Part shown: in pieces, positions 1-10,301 of the stretch
How positions within the stretch are numbered: the first letter of the stretch is position 1
Layout: each line of letters opens with the position of its first letter
Made by a program: the position numbers and the translations under genes
Assembly: GCF_044324875.1 (NCBI RefSeq)
Contig: NZ_CP172185.1
DNA from: Escherichia coli
GTDB taxonomy: Bacteria > Pseudomonadota > Gammaproteobacteria > Enterobacterales > Enterobacteriaceae
DNA length: 64,000 nucleotides
Direction: 5' to 3' (one strand)
Notes under the pieces: generated by a model
What the model saw: the letters and a program-made list of their open reading frames with translations, nothing else
Told to the model about the DNA's origin: nothing
The model's database searches: none

Positions 1-411
1 TGCCATTGAAGCGGAGCGTCCCGTGCCGGAACGTTACCTCACAGCTGATACTGAGGGTTTCCGGGTCCTCTGCGAGCGATTCTGGCTGTTCGGCAGCTGC
101 ATCGAGAGTCACAGGAAGTAGCTGGGGGCTCTCTGAAGAAGGTAATAGCAGCTTTCCCTCGCGCCATTGTTGTCGCCATTTGAACAACAGATTGGCGTTA
201 ATGCCATTTTCAAGAGCAAGTTTTGAGATGGATATCCCGGGTTCACAGGAGGCAGCAACGAGCTGCTGTTTAAATTCGGGAGGATAATTAGGGCAGCCTT
301 TTCGCCTGCCGGGAGTCACATTTTTCTGCATATCTGACACTTTGGTTCCCACTACTTATTTGGTGGACACCACTTTGTCTAATTCGTCAGATTCTGACCA
401 GACGGTTCAGG
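1..411 (-). mobile_element. Partial IS3-family element. Its orfA (HTH transposase, start at 331) runs off the left window edge; a putative terminal repeat beginning TGAAC lies near 411.
   Basis: Minus-strand translation from 331 gives MQKNVTPGRRKGCPNYPPEFKQQLVAASCEPGISISKLALENGINANLLFKWRQQWREGKL..., an IS3-type OrfA HTH pattern. Family call is from recalled motifs only. Confidence 0.5.
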
Positions 412-843
412 CTGTACGCTTACTGACCTTATCGGTCACCGCGCGGATGGTGGCTGTGGAAACGCTGAAGGCATATAAATCTTCAATCTCCCGACTGATA
501 TCCTGGTAGCTCATTCCCAGCGCAAACAGGCGAATGATCTTGCGTTCGATCTCATCAGACAACGTGGTCTGGTGCTTCTTCACCAGTTGGGGTTAAAAAG
601 TACCATTACGATCGCGCGGAGTCGCCAGTTCGAAGCTACCGGTCGGGGCTTTAATGGTCTTTTTGCCGGAGCCATTTTTACGATTGGCTTCCACATCCTG
701 AGCCAGATGGGATTCAAGCTCTGCAGACAGGGCAGCCTAAGTTAACTGCTTGATTAATGACGTTAAGATTCCATCTTTGCCCGTTAATGCCTAGCCGGAC
801 TGGAGTGCCTTAAGCGCTTTATCGAAATCGAAGGGTTGGGACA
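412..843 (-). pseudogene. IS256-family (mutator-type) transposase, N-terminal ~144 codons only, with three in-frame stop codons; truncated at ~412 by the IS3-family element.
   Basis: Minus-strand translation from ATG at 843: MSQPFDFDKALKALQSG*ALTGKDGILTSLIKQLT*AALSAELESHLAQDVEANRKNGSGKKTIKAPTGSFELATPRDRNGTF*PQLVKKHQTTLSDEIERKIIRLFALGMSYQDISREIEDLYAFSVSTATIRAVTDKVS; similarity is lost below ~412. Confidence 0.55.
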
Positions 844-919
844 TGTGTCATTCCTTTTTGATTGTATATTACTGGAATGACACAGAATTTCTAACACTCC
901 CTTTTTAGATGAAATATAG

Positions 920-1705
920 TTAATCTTCGGTATGAATGTGTTGCAGCCAGTTTTTTATTACTGTATTTACTTCCTTTGCATGAGTGATATTTAGAGCGTG
1001 ATTTGCGTCGGGAATAACTTCAAGCTTGGAGTGTGCAATCACTTTGTGCATTTTAATTGCTTTCTCTAATGGGATTCCCATATCACTGTCACCATGAATA
1101 ATCAGTGTGGGGGTTGTGATTGTGTTAATTTTTTCTGAAATATCGTCACGTTCCAGCATTGCATTCATGGCATTTCTGATATTTTCTGGCTTATGTCCCA
1201 TCCATACTTTTTTCCATTTTTCTGCTTCAGAGACATTATTTCCGAAAAAAATGGGTAATAATAAGGAGATTATATTTTCCTTTATGATTGGGTCTTGCCA
1301 TCCATTACATAACTCCATGTAACTGGACGCGATTTCTGGTGGATCTTGCTCTGCCTGAGTTGCCATAAGGATTAGCCCTGACAAACGTTCTGAATGTGAC
1401 AGAGCAAATCGTAATGATATATATCCGCCCATCGACATTCCCCCTAAAACGAACTTATCCATTTGTAGTGAGTCTGCAACGCTTAAAATATCATCAACGA
1501 TATCATAGAGTGAGAAAGCTTCTGTTTTTTCAGTGTTTTTATCAAAACCCCGAACATTAATACAAACAAACCTGTGTTTTTCTTTTAGTTCGTCAAGTTG
1601 ATATTTAAACATGTCACTATTCATGAAAAATCCATGAACGAGTATGACTGGGGGATTATTTTTGTTTGTTTCAGTGTATCCAGAGTCAGCAAATGAATAT
1701 TTCAT
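920..1705 (-). CDS. Alpha/beta-fold hydrolase (esterase/lipase-like), 261 aa.
   Basis: Intact ORF with HGFFMNSDMF (oxyanion-hole region), GGMSMGG (GxSxG nucleophile elbow) and a C-terminal HGDSD motif; AT-rich context. Confidence 0.75.
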   Translation of the reverse strand: MKYSFADSGYTETNKNNPPVILVHGFFMNSDMFKYQLDELKEKHRFVCINVRGFDKNTEKTEAFSLYDIVDDILSVADSLQMDKFVLGGMSMGGYISLRFALSHSERLSGLILMATQAEQDPPEIASSYMELCNGWQDPIIKENIISLLLPIFFGNNVSEAEKWKKVWMGHKPENIRNAMNAMLERDDISEKINTITTPTLIIHGDSDMGIPLEKAIKMHKVIAHSKLEVIPDANHALNITHAKEVNTVIKNWLQHIHTED

Positions 1706-2330
1706 GGAGCCTCCTTGATTTAGATGAATATATTGTGTGTTTTGTTAGTAATAGTGAAGCATTTCATTATATTGTCGAACTAGGATATATCTGTTGGATA
1801 AATATCCGTTTTAGAGTTTTTCAAATACTCGCCAGTTAAGACTCTTTTGGTGTGTTTACCAGTCTTGAGATATTGTTGTCAAGTATTTAAAAGGATATAA
1901 ACACACTGATTTAATGCTGATACTTATATATCAATAAATATTACCGGATGCCATGGTTAAAACTGGCTTATTTACTTCAGAAGAACAACGGCTAATGGAG
2001 CGATTGAAGTATTGTGGATATACCTATGCGAAGGTGTTTATGCTCGATTGGTTTTAGCAAACACGATAATATCCGAAAATTGCCTACATGGATAGATTTG
2101 TTAATTGCTATTAGCGGATGGGTAAGATTCATTGATGAGGCGGATTGATGGGCAAAGCCCCAGCCTCACGAACTGGTGGTCTTGAAAGCTTACATATTTC
2201 ATTTATTAAAGACGTAAACGTTTTAACTGTGTGGCATAAAAAGCAGAAGAGTGAAAATCCATAAATTACCGAATTATATCGGTGCCAGTCCGAATTTAGC
2301 CTTTGCACGGTTGCACGACTCATTGACTTC

Positions 2331-2603
2331 TCAGTTCTCACTGGACATGGCGAATTTTCTGTACGTTGATGAGGGATTTTCATATATCGTACAACAGGCA
2401 TTTCTTCCCGGTATTCCCTCAAGCGCAATACATCGGGGATTTTTCTGATTAGTGCCGATCATGCATCGGTGGAAAGGGGAGGTTTGTTCAGTAAGTCAGG
2501 TGGGGATAGTACCGCCAGCATCATCGGCTTCAGACCAGTAAAAAGAGACGCGGAAAAATATACAACAGGCACCACACGTCATGCATGGATTCAGATCGCT
2601 CAT
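2331..2603 (-). pseudogene. CxxCxxCC-domain (YkgJ/UPF0153-like zinc/iron-chelating) protein interrupted by one in-frame TGA after codon 35.
   Basis: Minus-strand translation [83 protein letters not shown]...; the C-x2-C-x2-CC signature is present. Confidence 0.45.
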
Positions 2604-2780
2604 TTTTAGTACCATTTTAAAGTTTGACTTTGTATTTTTGCAACGAATCGCTAAAGAGAGCAGAAAAAACTATTCTCCAAAACTTGGTTATAACTACTTG
2701 ATTTTATAGATAGAGGCATGCTGTTTACACAGCAGTAAAAAGCATGCCAAATTTGCTATTAACCTTTTGAATATAAAATA

Positions 2781-3644
2781 CTAATCGTCTATTTCGGAAA
2801 CCTTCTTATTCAGCAGACGAGAAGCGCGCCAGTAAACCAGCAACATCAGGCCCATTACGATAGTCAGCGTAATGCTGGTGGCTGCACCAAACGGCCAGTC
2901 ACGAATATTGAGGAACTGTACCTTGATGACGTTACCGATCAGCAGGTTTTTCGCACCGCCCATCAGGTCGGACACATAGAACAGGCCCATCGCTGGCAGC
3001 ATCACCAGCAGACATCCGGCAATAATTCCCGGCATCGTCAGTGGGATAATGATGCGGATAAAGGTCTGCAACTTGCTGGCACCGAGATCGCGCGCCGCCT
3101 CAAGCAACGGCTTATCCAGTTTTTCGATACTGGAGTACAGCGGCATCACCATAAACGGTAGCAGAATGTAAACCAGACCGATAATCACCGCACTGGGCGT
3201 GAACATGATGCGAATTGGTGTATCAATAACGCCCAGCCAGAGCAAAAACTCGTTGAGATAGCCTTTGGTGCTGAGGAAAATTTTCAGCCCGTAGATACGA
3301 ATCAATGAGTTGGTCCAGAACGGAACAATCAGCAGAAACAGCAGCAGCGGACGCACCTTGTGTGGCAGCTTCGCCAGAAACCAGGCAAAAGGATAGCCCA
3401 GCACCAGGCAGGCGAGGGTGGCGATCAGCGCCATATTCAGCGAGTGCAATAGCACTTCAAAATAGAGCGGATCGAGCAGACGCGTGTAGTTATCCAGCGT
3501 AAAGACCATTTTGACGAAACTGGCGTCGTCGCGGGTCAAAAAGCTGGTGCCAATGATCATCAGGTTGGGCAGAAAGACAAACAACACAAGCCAACCGACA
3601 ATAGTGACAATCACTACATTCTGGAACTTACTTGTGTTCTTCAT
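2781..3644 (-). CDS. potB: Spermidine/putrescine ABC transporter permease PotB; the extreme C-terminus (VSEIDD) may differ from K-12.
   Basis: 287-aa ORF matching recalled PotB sequence ([29 protein letters not shown]...); overlaps potA start. Confidence 0.9.
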
Positions 3645-4764
3645 CAGCCAGTACGACCTCCCAGCTTTCTACCCAATTAATGGCCATTTTTTGGTCGAGA
3701 GAGTGGTCAAAGTCAGGATCGTCTTCATTGAAGAATTCGCTGACCATCACCATCTTGCCATTTTCCAGTTCAACAACCGACTCCAGCGTCATGCCTTTGT
3801 AGTTACGCTCGCGAACGTAACCAATCAGCCCTTCAGCGTGGTTGTCGTCGTTAATCTCTTCAACACGTAAGTCTTCCGGGCGCAGCAGAACATGCAGTTT
3901 TTGCCCCGGTTCAACGGCGAAGTTAACGTAGATATTACATTCGCGGCCTTCAACGTTGGCGCGTACGCGCTGCTCGTCTAGACGTTCGATGACAGTGGCG
4001 TTAAACATATTGATTTCGCCAATAAACCCAGCAACAAACAGGTTTTTCGGCTCTTCATAGATTTCACGCGGCGTGCCGTCTTGCTCAATGCGACCATCGC
4101 GCATCACCACAATCCTGTCCGACATGGTGAGTGCTTCTTCCTGGTCGTGAGTCACGAAGACGAATGTAATGCCAAGCTTACGCTGTAACGCTTTCAGCTC
4201 GTTCTGCATTTGCTTGCGCAGTTTGTAATCCAGCGCTGAGAGCGACTCATCCAGCAACAACAGACGAGGCTTGTTAACCACTGCGCGGGCAATGGCGACG
4301 CGTTGCTGTTGACCACCAGAGAGCTGATGCGGTTTGCGTTGAGCGAAGGTTTCCAGCTGCACCATCCGCAGGGCTTCCATCACGCGGGGCGTAATTTCAG
4401 CAGCGGGGGTTTTTTGCATGCGTAACCCAAAGGCCACATTTTCGAACACGGTCATGTGGGGGAAAAGTGCGTAGCTTTGGAAAACAGTGTTCACATAGCG
4501 GTTTTCCGCCGGAACGTGGGTGATGTCCTCGTTATCCAGCATGATGCGTCCGGAATCAACAGTTTCCAGACCTGCAATCAGGCGAAGAACGGTTGTTTTA
4601 CCGCAGCCAGAAGGGCCAAGCAGCGTGAGGAACTCGCCATTGTTGATAGTCAGATCCAGCTGGGGAATGACCTCTTTACCATCAAAGCATTTGCGAATTC
4701 CCGCCAATTGCACCAGCGGTGAAAGCGAACTCGGTTGTTTATTCAATTTTTTACTCTGTCCCAT
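3628..4764 (-). CDS. potA: Spermidine/putrescine ABC transporter ATPase PotA.
   Basis: 378-aa ORF with Walker [13 protein letters not shown] signature LSGGQQQR and Walker B LLLLDE. Confidence 0.95.
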
Positions 4765-5013
4765 GTAAACGCAACGGATGGCTTACCGATGCGGGGTTTG
4801 TGGTTAACCACCTTGGTGACTCTTAATGAGGGCGGTAATTCTACGGCAAACCGCTTGAATCGCCAATCTTTGTTGTGAATTACTGGCTTAGCTTTATATT
4901 CATTAAGGTAATGCTGATAAATATTCCCGCTTGCAGGGGTAAAAGTGACCTGACGCAATATTTGTCTTTTCTTGCTTCTTAATAATGTTGTCACAAAAAG
5001 TGAGGGTGACTAC

Positions 5014-6240
5014 ATGGATAAACTACTTGAGCGATTTTTGAACTACGTGTCTCTGGATACCCAATCAAAGGCAGGGGTGAGACAGGTTCCCAGCACGGAA
5101 GGCCAATGGAAGTTATTGCATCTGCTGAAAGAGCAGCTCGAAGAGATGGGGCTTATCAATGTGACCTTAAGTGAGAAGGGCACTTTGATGGCGACGTTAC
5201 CGGCTAACGTCCCTGGCGATATCCCGGCGATTGGCTTTATTTCTCATGTGGATACCTCACCGGATTGCAGCGGCAAAAATGTGAATCCGCAAATTGTTGA
5301 AAACTATCGCGGTGGCGATATTGCGCTGGGTATCGGCGATGAAGTTTTATCACCGGTTATGTTCCCGGTGCTGCATCAGCTACTGAGTCAGACGCTGATT
5401 ACCACCGATGGTAAAACCTTGTTAGGAGCCGATGACAAAGCAGGTATTGCAGAAATCATGACCGCGCTGGCGGTATTGCAACAGAAAAACATTCCGCATG
5501 GTGATATTCGCGTCGCCTTTACCCCGGATGAAGAAGTGGGCAAAGGGGCGAAACATTTTGATGTTGACGCCTTCGATGCCCGCTGGGCTTACACCGTTGA
5601 TGGTGGTGGCGTAGGCGAACTGGAGTTTGAAAACTTCAACGCTGCGTCGGTCAATATCAAAATTGTAGGCAATAACGTTCACCCAGGCACAGCGAAAGGT
5701 GTAATGGTGAATGCGCTGTCGCTGGCGGCACGTATTCATGCGGAAGTTCCGGCGGATGAAAGCCCGGAAATGACAGAAGGCTATGAAGGTTTCTATCACC
5801 TGGCGAGCATGAAAGGCACCGTTGAACGGGCCGATATGCACTACATCATCCGTGATTTCGACCGTAAACAGTTTGAAGCGCGTAAACGTAAAATGATGGA
5901 GATCGCCAAAAAAGTGGGCAAAGGGTTACATCCTGATTGCTACATTGAATTGGTGATTGAAGACAGTTACTACAATATGCGCGAGAAAGTGGTTGAGCAT
6001 CCGCATATTCTCGATATCGCCCAGCAGGCGATGCGTGACTGCGATATTGAACCGGAACTGAAACCGATCCGCGGCGGTACCGACGGCGCGCAGTTGTCGT
6101 TTATGGGATTACCGTGCCCGAACCTGTTCACTGGCGGTTACAACTATCATGGTAAGCATGAGTTTGTGACTCTGGAAGGTATGGAAAAAGCGGTGCAGGT
6201 GATCGTCCGTATTGCCGAGTTAACGGCGCAACGGAAGTAA
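5014..6240 (+). CDS. pepT: Peptidase T (tripeptide aminopeptidase).
   Basis: Six-frame ORF 4972..6240; start moved to [17 protein letters not shown] to give the 408-aa K-12 length. Confidence 0.93.
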   Translation: MDKLLERFLNYVSLDTQSKAGVRQVPSTEGQWKLLHLLKEQLEEMGLINVTLSEKGTLMATLPANVPGDIPAIGFISHVDTSPDCSGKNVNPQIVENYRGGDIALGIGDEVLSPVMFPVLHQLLSQTLITTDGKTLLGADDKAGIAEIMTALAVLQQKNIPHGDIRVAFTPDEEVGKGAKHFDVDAFDARWAYTVDGGGVGELEFENFNAASVNIKIVGNNVHPGTAKGVMVNALSLAARIHAEVPADESPEMTEGYEGFYHLASMKGTVERADMHYIIRDFDRKQFEARKRKMMEIAKKVGKGLHPDCYIELVIEDSYYNMREKVVEHPHILDIAQQAMRDCDIEPELKPIRGGTDGAQLSFMGLPCPNLFTGGYNYHGKHEFVTLEGMEKAVQVIVRIAELTAQRK

Positions 6241-6249
6241 GCGAAAAGG

Positions 6250-6273
6250 GATGCGGCATGTGATGCCGCATCC
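6250..6273. terminator. Bidirectional hairpin terminator between convergent pepT and roxA.
   Basis: Near-perfect inverted repeat GGATGCGGCAT-gtg-ATGCCGCATCC. Confidence 0.6.
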
Positions 6274-6288
6274 GGCTTAAATCCAAAC

Positions 6289-7410
6289 TTACCCTTCGAA
6301 GAACCAATACCCGCTATTGACCAGCGCCGCGAGCATCGCGAGGAATGACGGATCTTCCAGCGCATCGCCAAAATTCTCCGCAGTCAGCGCAATGTTGCTG
6401 GCGAGTGCATCCAGTGCCGGACGGTGCGGGGAATCGATCTTCTCACCATTGGCATACACGTCGTCGCCAATGCGCAATACGCGCAGACCACCCAGACGCA
6501 CCAGCACTTCACCTTGTTTCAGCGCATCGTAGATTTCATCCGGCTGATAAGGCGGCTCTGGCGGCGCGATATCCAGTTCATGGCGTGACTGGGATATAAA
6601 CTCCCCAAACCATTGCTTAAAGTGTTCCGGCTGGTTGATCAATTCGAGCATCATCTCACGCAGTTTATCCATCTCTTGCGGCAGAACATCCGCAGGATGA
6701 GCGCGAGGTGAAACATCAGGATCGCTGTAGTAGTTGCCGCCCAGTTCACGTTGCAGCACATAATCGGCAAATCCGCTAATCAGTTCCCGCGTATTTGGTG
6801 CGCGAAAACCGACGGAATAGTTCATCGCATTTTCCAGCGCGTAGCCTTCATGGGGGAATCCTGGCGGAATATAAAGAATATCGCCTGGCTCCAGTTCTTC
6901 ATCAATGATGGCTTCGAACGGATCAACCTGTAACAGATCCGGGTGCGGGCAGTGCTGTTTCATTTGCAGCTTTTCGCCCACTCGCCAGCGACGACGTCCG
7001 GTACCCTGAATGATAAACACGTCGTACTGATCGAGATGCGGGCCGACGCCGCCGCCAGGTACAGAAAAAGAGATCATCAGATCATCAATACGCCAGTCCG
7101 GTAGTTCACGGAACGGTCGCATCAGCGCGGCGGTCGGCTCATGCCAGTGGTTCACTGCCTGCACTAACAATGACCAGTTAGTTTCACCGAGATGATCGTA
7201 GCTTTCGAACGGGCCGTGGCTGACCTGCCATTTGCCATCCTGGTGGCTGACCAGTCGACTGTCGACTTCGCTTTCCATCGCCAGACCCGCCAACTCGTCT
7301 GGAGAGATCGGGTCAATAAAATTATTAAAGCCGCGTTTTAACACCACCGGACGTTTCTGCCAGTGACGTTCAAGAAAATCGGGCCAGTTAAGAGTGAGTT
7401 GGTATTCCAT
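6289..7410 (-). CDS. roxA: Ribosomal protein L16 arginine hydroxylase (JmjC/cupin 2-oxoglutarate oxygenase) RoxA/YcfD.
   Basis: ORF 6289..7419; start taken at MEYQLTLNWPDFLERHW (373 aa). Confidence 0.9.
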   Translation of the reverse strand: MEYQLTLNWPDFLERHWQKRPVVLKRGFNNFIDPISPDELAGLAMESEVDSRLVSHQDGKWQVSHGPFESYDHLGETNWSLLVQAVNHWHEPTAALMRPFRELPDWRIDDLMISFSVPGGGVGPHLDQYDVFIIQGTGRRRWRVGEKLQMKQHCPHPDLLQVDPFEAIIDEELEPGDILYIPPGFPHEGYALENAMNYSVGFRAPNTRELISGFADYVLQRELGGNYYSDPDVSPRAHPADVLPQEMDKLREMMLELINQPEHFKQWFGEFISQSRHELDIAPPEPPYQPDEIYDALKQGEVLVRLGGLRVLRIGDDVYANGEKIDSPHRPALDALASNIALTAENFGDALEDPSFLAMLAALVNSGYWFFEG

Positions 7411-7611
7411 GTTAAGCATCCACAGGCTGGTATCTGCAACCGATTATAACGGATGCTTAACGTAATGCGTGAAGTATGGGCATACTTTATCAATTAGTGT
7501 TTTTTGCCGTTTCATAATGTTTCAGGTTGTGCATTATGTTTTTGATTATAAACAAATTTGTGATTTTTCTTGTTCCAGCTTGTTTCACGTTGTAGCCCTT
7601 TGTGCAACGAT

Positions 7612-7637
7612 CGGTGTAGTTAATGGTGTAGTTAATT
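7612..7637. repeat. attL core of the integrated element: CGGTGTAGTTAATGGTGTAGTTAATT, itself a tandem GGTGTAGTTAAT duplication.
   Basis: Identical 26-mer at 18721–18746; a further ~45 bp upstream of each copy is imperfectly similar. Confidence 0.65.
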
Positions 7638-8888
7638 GTGATGACCGGATTCAAAATTATGAGCAGAGCACTTAACAAGCTGAGCGATACACAGCTAAGG
7701 AAAATCAACGGCACACCCGCCCAAAAAACAGCCTTTCTTAATGACGGTGGAAACTTGAGCGTCAGGCATTCAACCAGCGGCCTTTTAACCTGGTATTTCA
7801 CTTACAGGGCCGGAACGGGAAGGGGGGCATCACCGGAACGCATTAAGCTGGGAAATTATCCTGATCTGAGCCTGAAATCAGCCAGGGAAAAAGCCGCCCA
7901 GTGTCGCGCATGGCTGGCTGAGGGGAAAAATCCACGTCATGAGATGAATTACACCGTACAGGAAGCGTTAAAGCCTGTAACGGTTGGCGATGCGCTCACC
8001 TACTGGCTTGAGTCGTACGCAAAGGAAAACCGTGTGGATTATGACCCACTGAAAAAGCGGCTAAATAATCACGTAATACAGCACATTGGCCCTATGCCGC
8101 TGGATAAATGCGAGCTACGGCACTGGCTGGCCTGTTTTGATCGGGTGGCAAAGCAAGCCCCTGTTTCCGCCGGGTTCCTGCTACAGACATGCAAACAGGC
8201 GCTTAAGTTCTGCCGGAAGCGGCGCTATGCAATCAGCAACGTTCTTGATGATATGAGTGTGGCTGACGTTGGGAAAAAACCGGATATAGGCGAACGTGTC
8301 TTAAGTACCAAAGAACTGGGCGAATTATTGCAGGCACTGGACAAAAAAATATTTTCCCCTTACTACGTCGCACTAATCCGCCTCCTGATTGTTTTCGGAT
8401 GCCGGACAGTAGAACTGAGGTTATCGGAGATCGGCGAGTGGGATTTTACCGAAATGCTCTGGACCGTTCCGAAGGAGCACAGCAAAACGAAGGTAGCCAT
8501 ATTCCGGCCCATACCGGAAGCGATACTGCCGTTCGTCACGCAGCTGATGGAGCAGAACAGGCACACGGGCTTATTGCTGGGGGAAGTGAAACAGGAAACC
8601 AGCGTGTCGCAGTACGGCAGATTAGTGCACAGGAGGCTTAAACACCCTCACTGGTCACTGCATGACATCCGGCGCACCTTTACAACGATGCTGAACGATT
8701 TAGGCGTGGATCCTCACGTCGTGGAGCAGCTTACAGGCCACCAGATGCCAGGAATGCAGCGAGTTTATAATCATTCCCGTTATCTGGATGCGAAACGCAA
8801 TGCGCTGGATATGTGGACGGAGCGGTTAGGGATACTGGCGGGAGCACATGAAAACGTAACCACGCTACCAGTAACCAGAAGAAAATAA
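7638..8888 (+). CDS. int: Tyrosine-type site-specific integrase (P4-like family).
   Basis: Starts immediately after attL; C-terminal catalytic region ...LHDIRRTFTTMLNDLGVDPHVVEQLTGHQMPGMQRVYNHSRYLDA... (R, H-x-x-R, Y). Start ambiguous: GTG 7638, ATG 7641 or ATG 7659. Confidence 0.85.
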   Translation: MMTGFKIMSRALNKLSDTQLRKINGTPAQKTAFLNDGGNLSVRHSTSGLLTWYFTYRAGTGRGASPERIKLGNYPDLSLKSAREKAAQCRAWLAEGKNPRHEMNYTVQEALKPVTVGDALTYWLESYAKENRVDYDPLKKRLNNHVIQHIGPMPLDKCELRHWLACFDRVAKQAPVSAGFLLQTCKQALKFCRKRRYAISNVLDDMSVADVGKKPDIGERVLSTKELGELLQALDKKIFSPYYVALIRLLIVFGCRTVELRLSEIGEWDFTEMLWTVPKEHSKTKVAIFRPIPEAILPFVTQLMEQNRHTGLLLGEVKQETSVSQYGRLVHRRLKHPHWSLHDIRRTFTTMLNDLGVDPHVVEQLTGHQMPGMQRVYNHSRYLDAKRNALDMWTERLGILAGAHENVTTLPVTRRK

Positions 8889-8936
8889 TTTTTTTCGTGT
8901 TTTTTCAGTATGCGCATACTGGATAAGTGCACAGAT

Positions 8937-8970
8937 ACAACGTGAAACAATAAGCAACAACGTGAAACAA
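8937..8970 (+). promoter_or_regulatory. Two direct CAACGTGAAACAA repeats, candidate integrase arm-type binding sites.
   Basis: The same motif occurs inverted beside attL (7583–7598, CTTGTTTCACGTTG) and beside attR (18681–18700, TGTTCCACGTTGTTTCAT). Confidence 0.4.
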
Positions 8971-9262
8971 CCACGAACAAGAGGTCAAAAAGTATACAGA
9001 TTTATAAGTTGCTGATTTTTAATGCTCAACTGGTTTTTTATACATTAGCGAATAACGCTTTAAATAGTGAGAAAAAAGTCATAAAACGAGATTTTATGCC
9101 TTTGCATAATACTGAATTAAAATGATTTTTATTAAAATCACCCCGTTTCTGTAAAATACCCGCCACCAACATTTGCCAACTCTGAATCACCCTGACACAA
9201 TCAGACACATCCCAACGCAATAGAACACGAAATAACTCTTTAAGAAACGAAAGGGGGCAATA

Positions 9263-9451
9263 GTGTTAAGCACTGATCGGTTTATACGTGAAAAAGAATG
9301 CGAAAAGCTAACAGGCCTTAGCCGCTCATGCCGCTACCGCCTGGAAAAGGCCGGACAATTCCCATCACGGCGTAAGCTGGGCGGTCGTTCCGTTGGCTGG
9401 TCTTTATCCGAAGTTCTGGCATGGAAGGAAAGCTGCGAGGCAGTTCACTAA
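9263..9451 (+). CDS. alpA: AlpA-family phage transcriptional regulator / excisionase-like HTH protein (62 aa, GTG start).
   Basis: MLSTDRFIREKECEKLTGLSRSCRYRLEKAGQFPSRRKLGGRSVGWSLSEVLAWKE matches the AlpA/CP4-57 regulator pattern; sits just downstream of int. Confidence 0.75.
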   Translation: MLSTDRFIREKECEKLTGLSRSCRYRLEKAGQFPSRRKLGGRSVGWSLSEVLAWKESCEAVH

Positions 9452-9777
9452 AAAGACTGGCGGCACACAGCCGCCACCCATCCACTAATACAGAGATTTA
9501 ACCATGAAGACTGGATATACGCCCGAACAGGGGCGGGGCTTCGTTCGGCCTGGTGAAACTGAAAAACAACAAAATCGCGGTTTTTCAGGCATAAAAAAAG
9601 CGGCCCCGATAAGGAGCCGCCTTTCTGAACAATTAACCTACAGCGCAAAAAATGAATCTGAGCAGTGGGATTATATCAACCGTGCAACGAAGCGCCACAA
9701 TTGCCGGATAACGGGCAAAGAAAAGGCCACCTGTCACGGTGGCCAATGTGATCAGTGTGGTGGCTTGCTGGTGGCTA

Positions 9778-9969
9778 TCAACCTTTGGGTTCTATACCGC
9801 GCCGCTTTAGTTCAGCGCGCCCCAACTCTTTAAGCCAGTTGGCTAGGCTTATGCCGTCGCTCTGCGCTTCTTTGTCGAATTGCTCTTTTAGCTCTGGAGA
9901 AATTCGCATTCTGAATTGTGGGGATTGCCCATCACCCTTAGGGCTTTTATCACGTTTGATTGTTGACAA
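9778..9969 (-). CDS. Small ribbon-helix-helix (Arc/CopG-like) DNA-binding protein, candidate repressor, divergent from the replication operon.
   Basis: 63 aa, ...RMRISPELKEQFDKEAQSDGISLANWLKEL...; followed on the minus strand by a stem plus T-run terminator (~9590–9628). Confidence 0.5.
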   Translation of the reverse strand: MSTIKRDKSPKGDGQSPQFRMRISPELKEQFDKEAQSDGISLANWLKELGRAELKRRGIEPKG

Positions 9970-10016
9970 GTGGTCACCTATTAAATTAGCCTTTCTATTG
10001 TTAGGTGGTCACCTTA
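9969..10016. promoter_or_regulatory. Divergent promoter/operator region with two direct GTGGTCACCT repeats.
   Basis: AGTGGTCACCT at 9970 and GGTGGTCACCT at 10005, between the RHH gene start and the first gene of the rightward operon. Confidence 0.35.
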
Positions 10017-10088
10017 ACACGGGGACACTTAAAAAAGCAAAGCCCGAAGGCGCTAGGAACACCAACGGGCTTCTAACCACAAACCGTT

Positions 10089-10301
10089 ATGAGAGGTAGT
10101 TTTATGGCTGTAAGACAGCATACCCCACGACTAGCGCACACACAAACCGCCTTTGTGTGGCGTTTTCTGGCACTGAGTGCCGGAGAATCTCAAATCATCC
10201 ACGTAACCGCCTGGACGGAACGCGAAGCGCGTAGCCGTTGCCCGTCCGGTTGTGTTGCTGTATTCGCCGCCCGTATTCGTCAGGGGGTGTACCATGATTA
10301 A
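10089..10301 (+). CDS. Small protein resembling host cell-division inhibitor Icd-like proteins of P4-type satellites (weak call).
   Basis: MAVRQHTPRLAHTQTAFVWRFLALSAGESQIIHVTAWTEREARSRCPSGCVAVFAARI...; first gene of a translationally coupled operon; alternative start at 10104. Confidence 0.4.
   Translation: MRGSFMAVRQHTPRLAHTQTAFVWRFLALSAGESQIIHVTAWTEREARSRCPSGCVAVFAARIRQGVYHD

Noticed and set aside
6-287. Six-frame ORF of 93 aa on the plus strand.
   Set aside because: It lies antisense to a clear IS3-family orfA (HTH transposase) reading frame on the minus strand and has no RBS or motif of its own.
7420-7640. tRNA gene as integration target of the P4-like integrase.
   Set aside because: No cloverleaf-compatible sequence or conserved tRNA T-loop/anticodon-stem features near either att copy; the repeat is an intergenic 26-mer.
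9504-10099. Plus-strand ORFs 9504..9833 and 9755..10099 in the satellite regulatory region.
   Set aside because: They overlap the better-supported minus-strand RHH gene and its terminator, and their low-complexity translations show no motifs.
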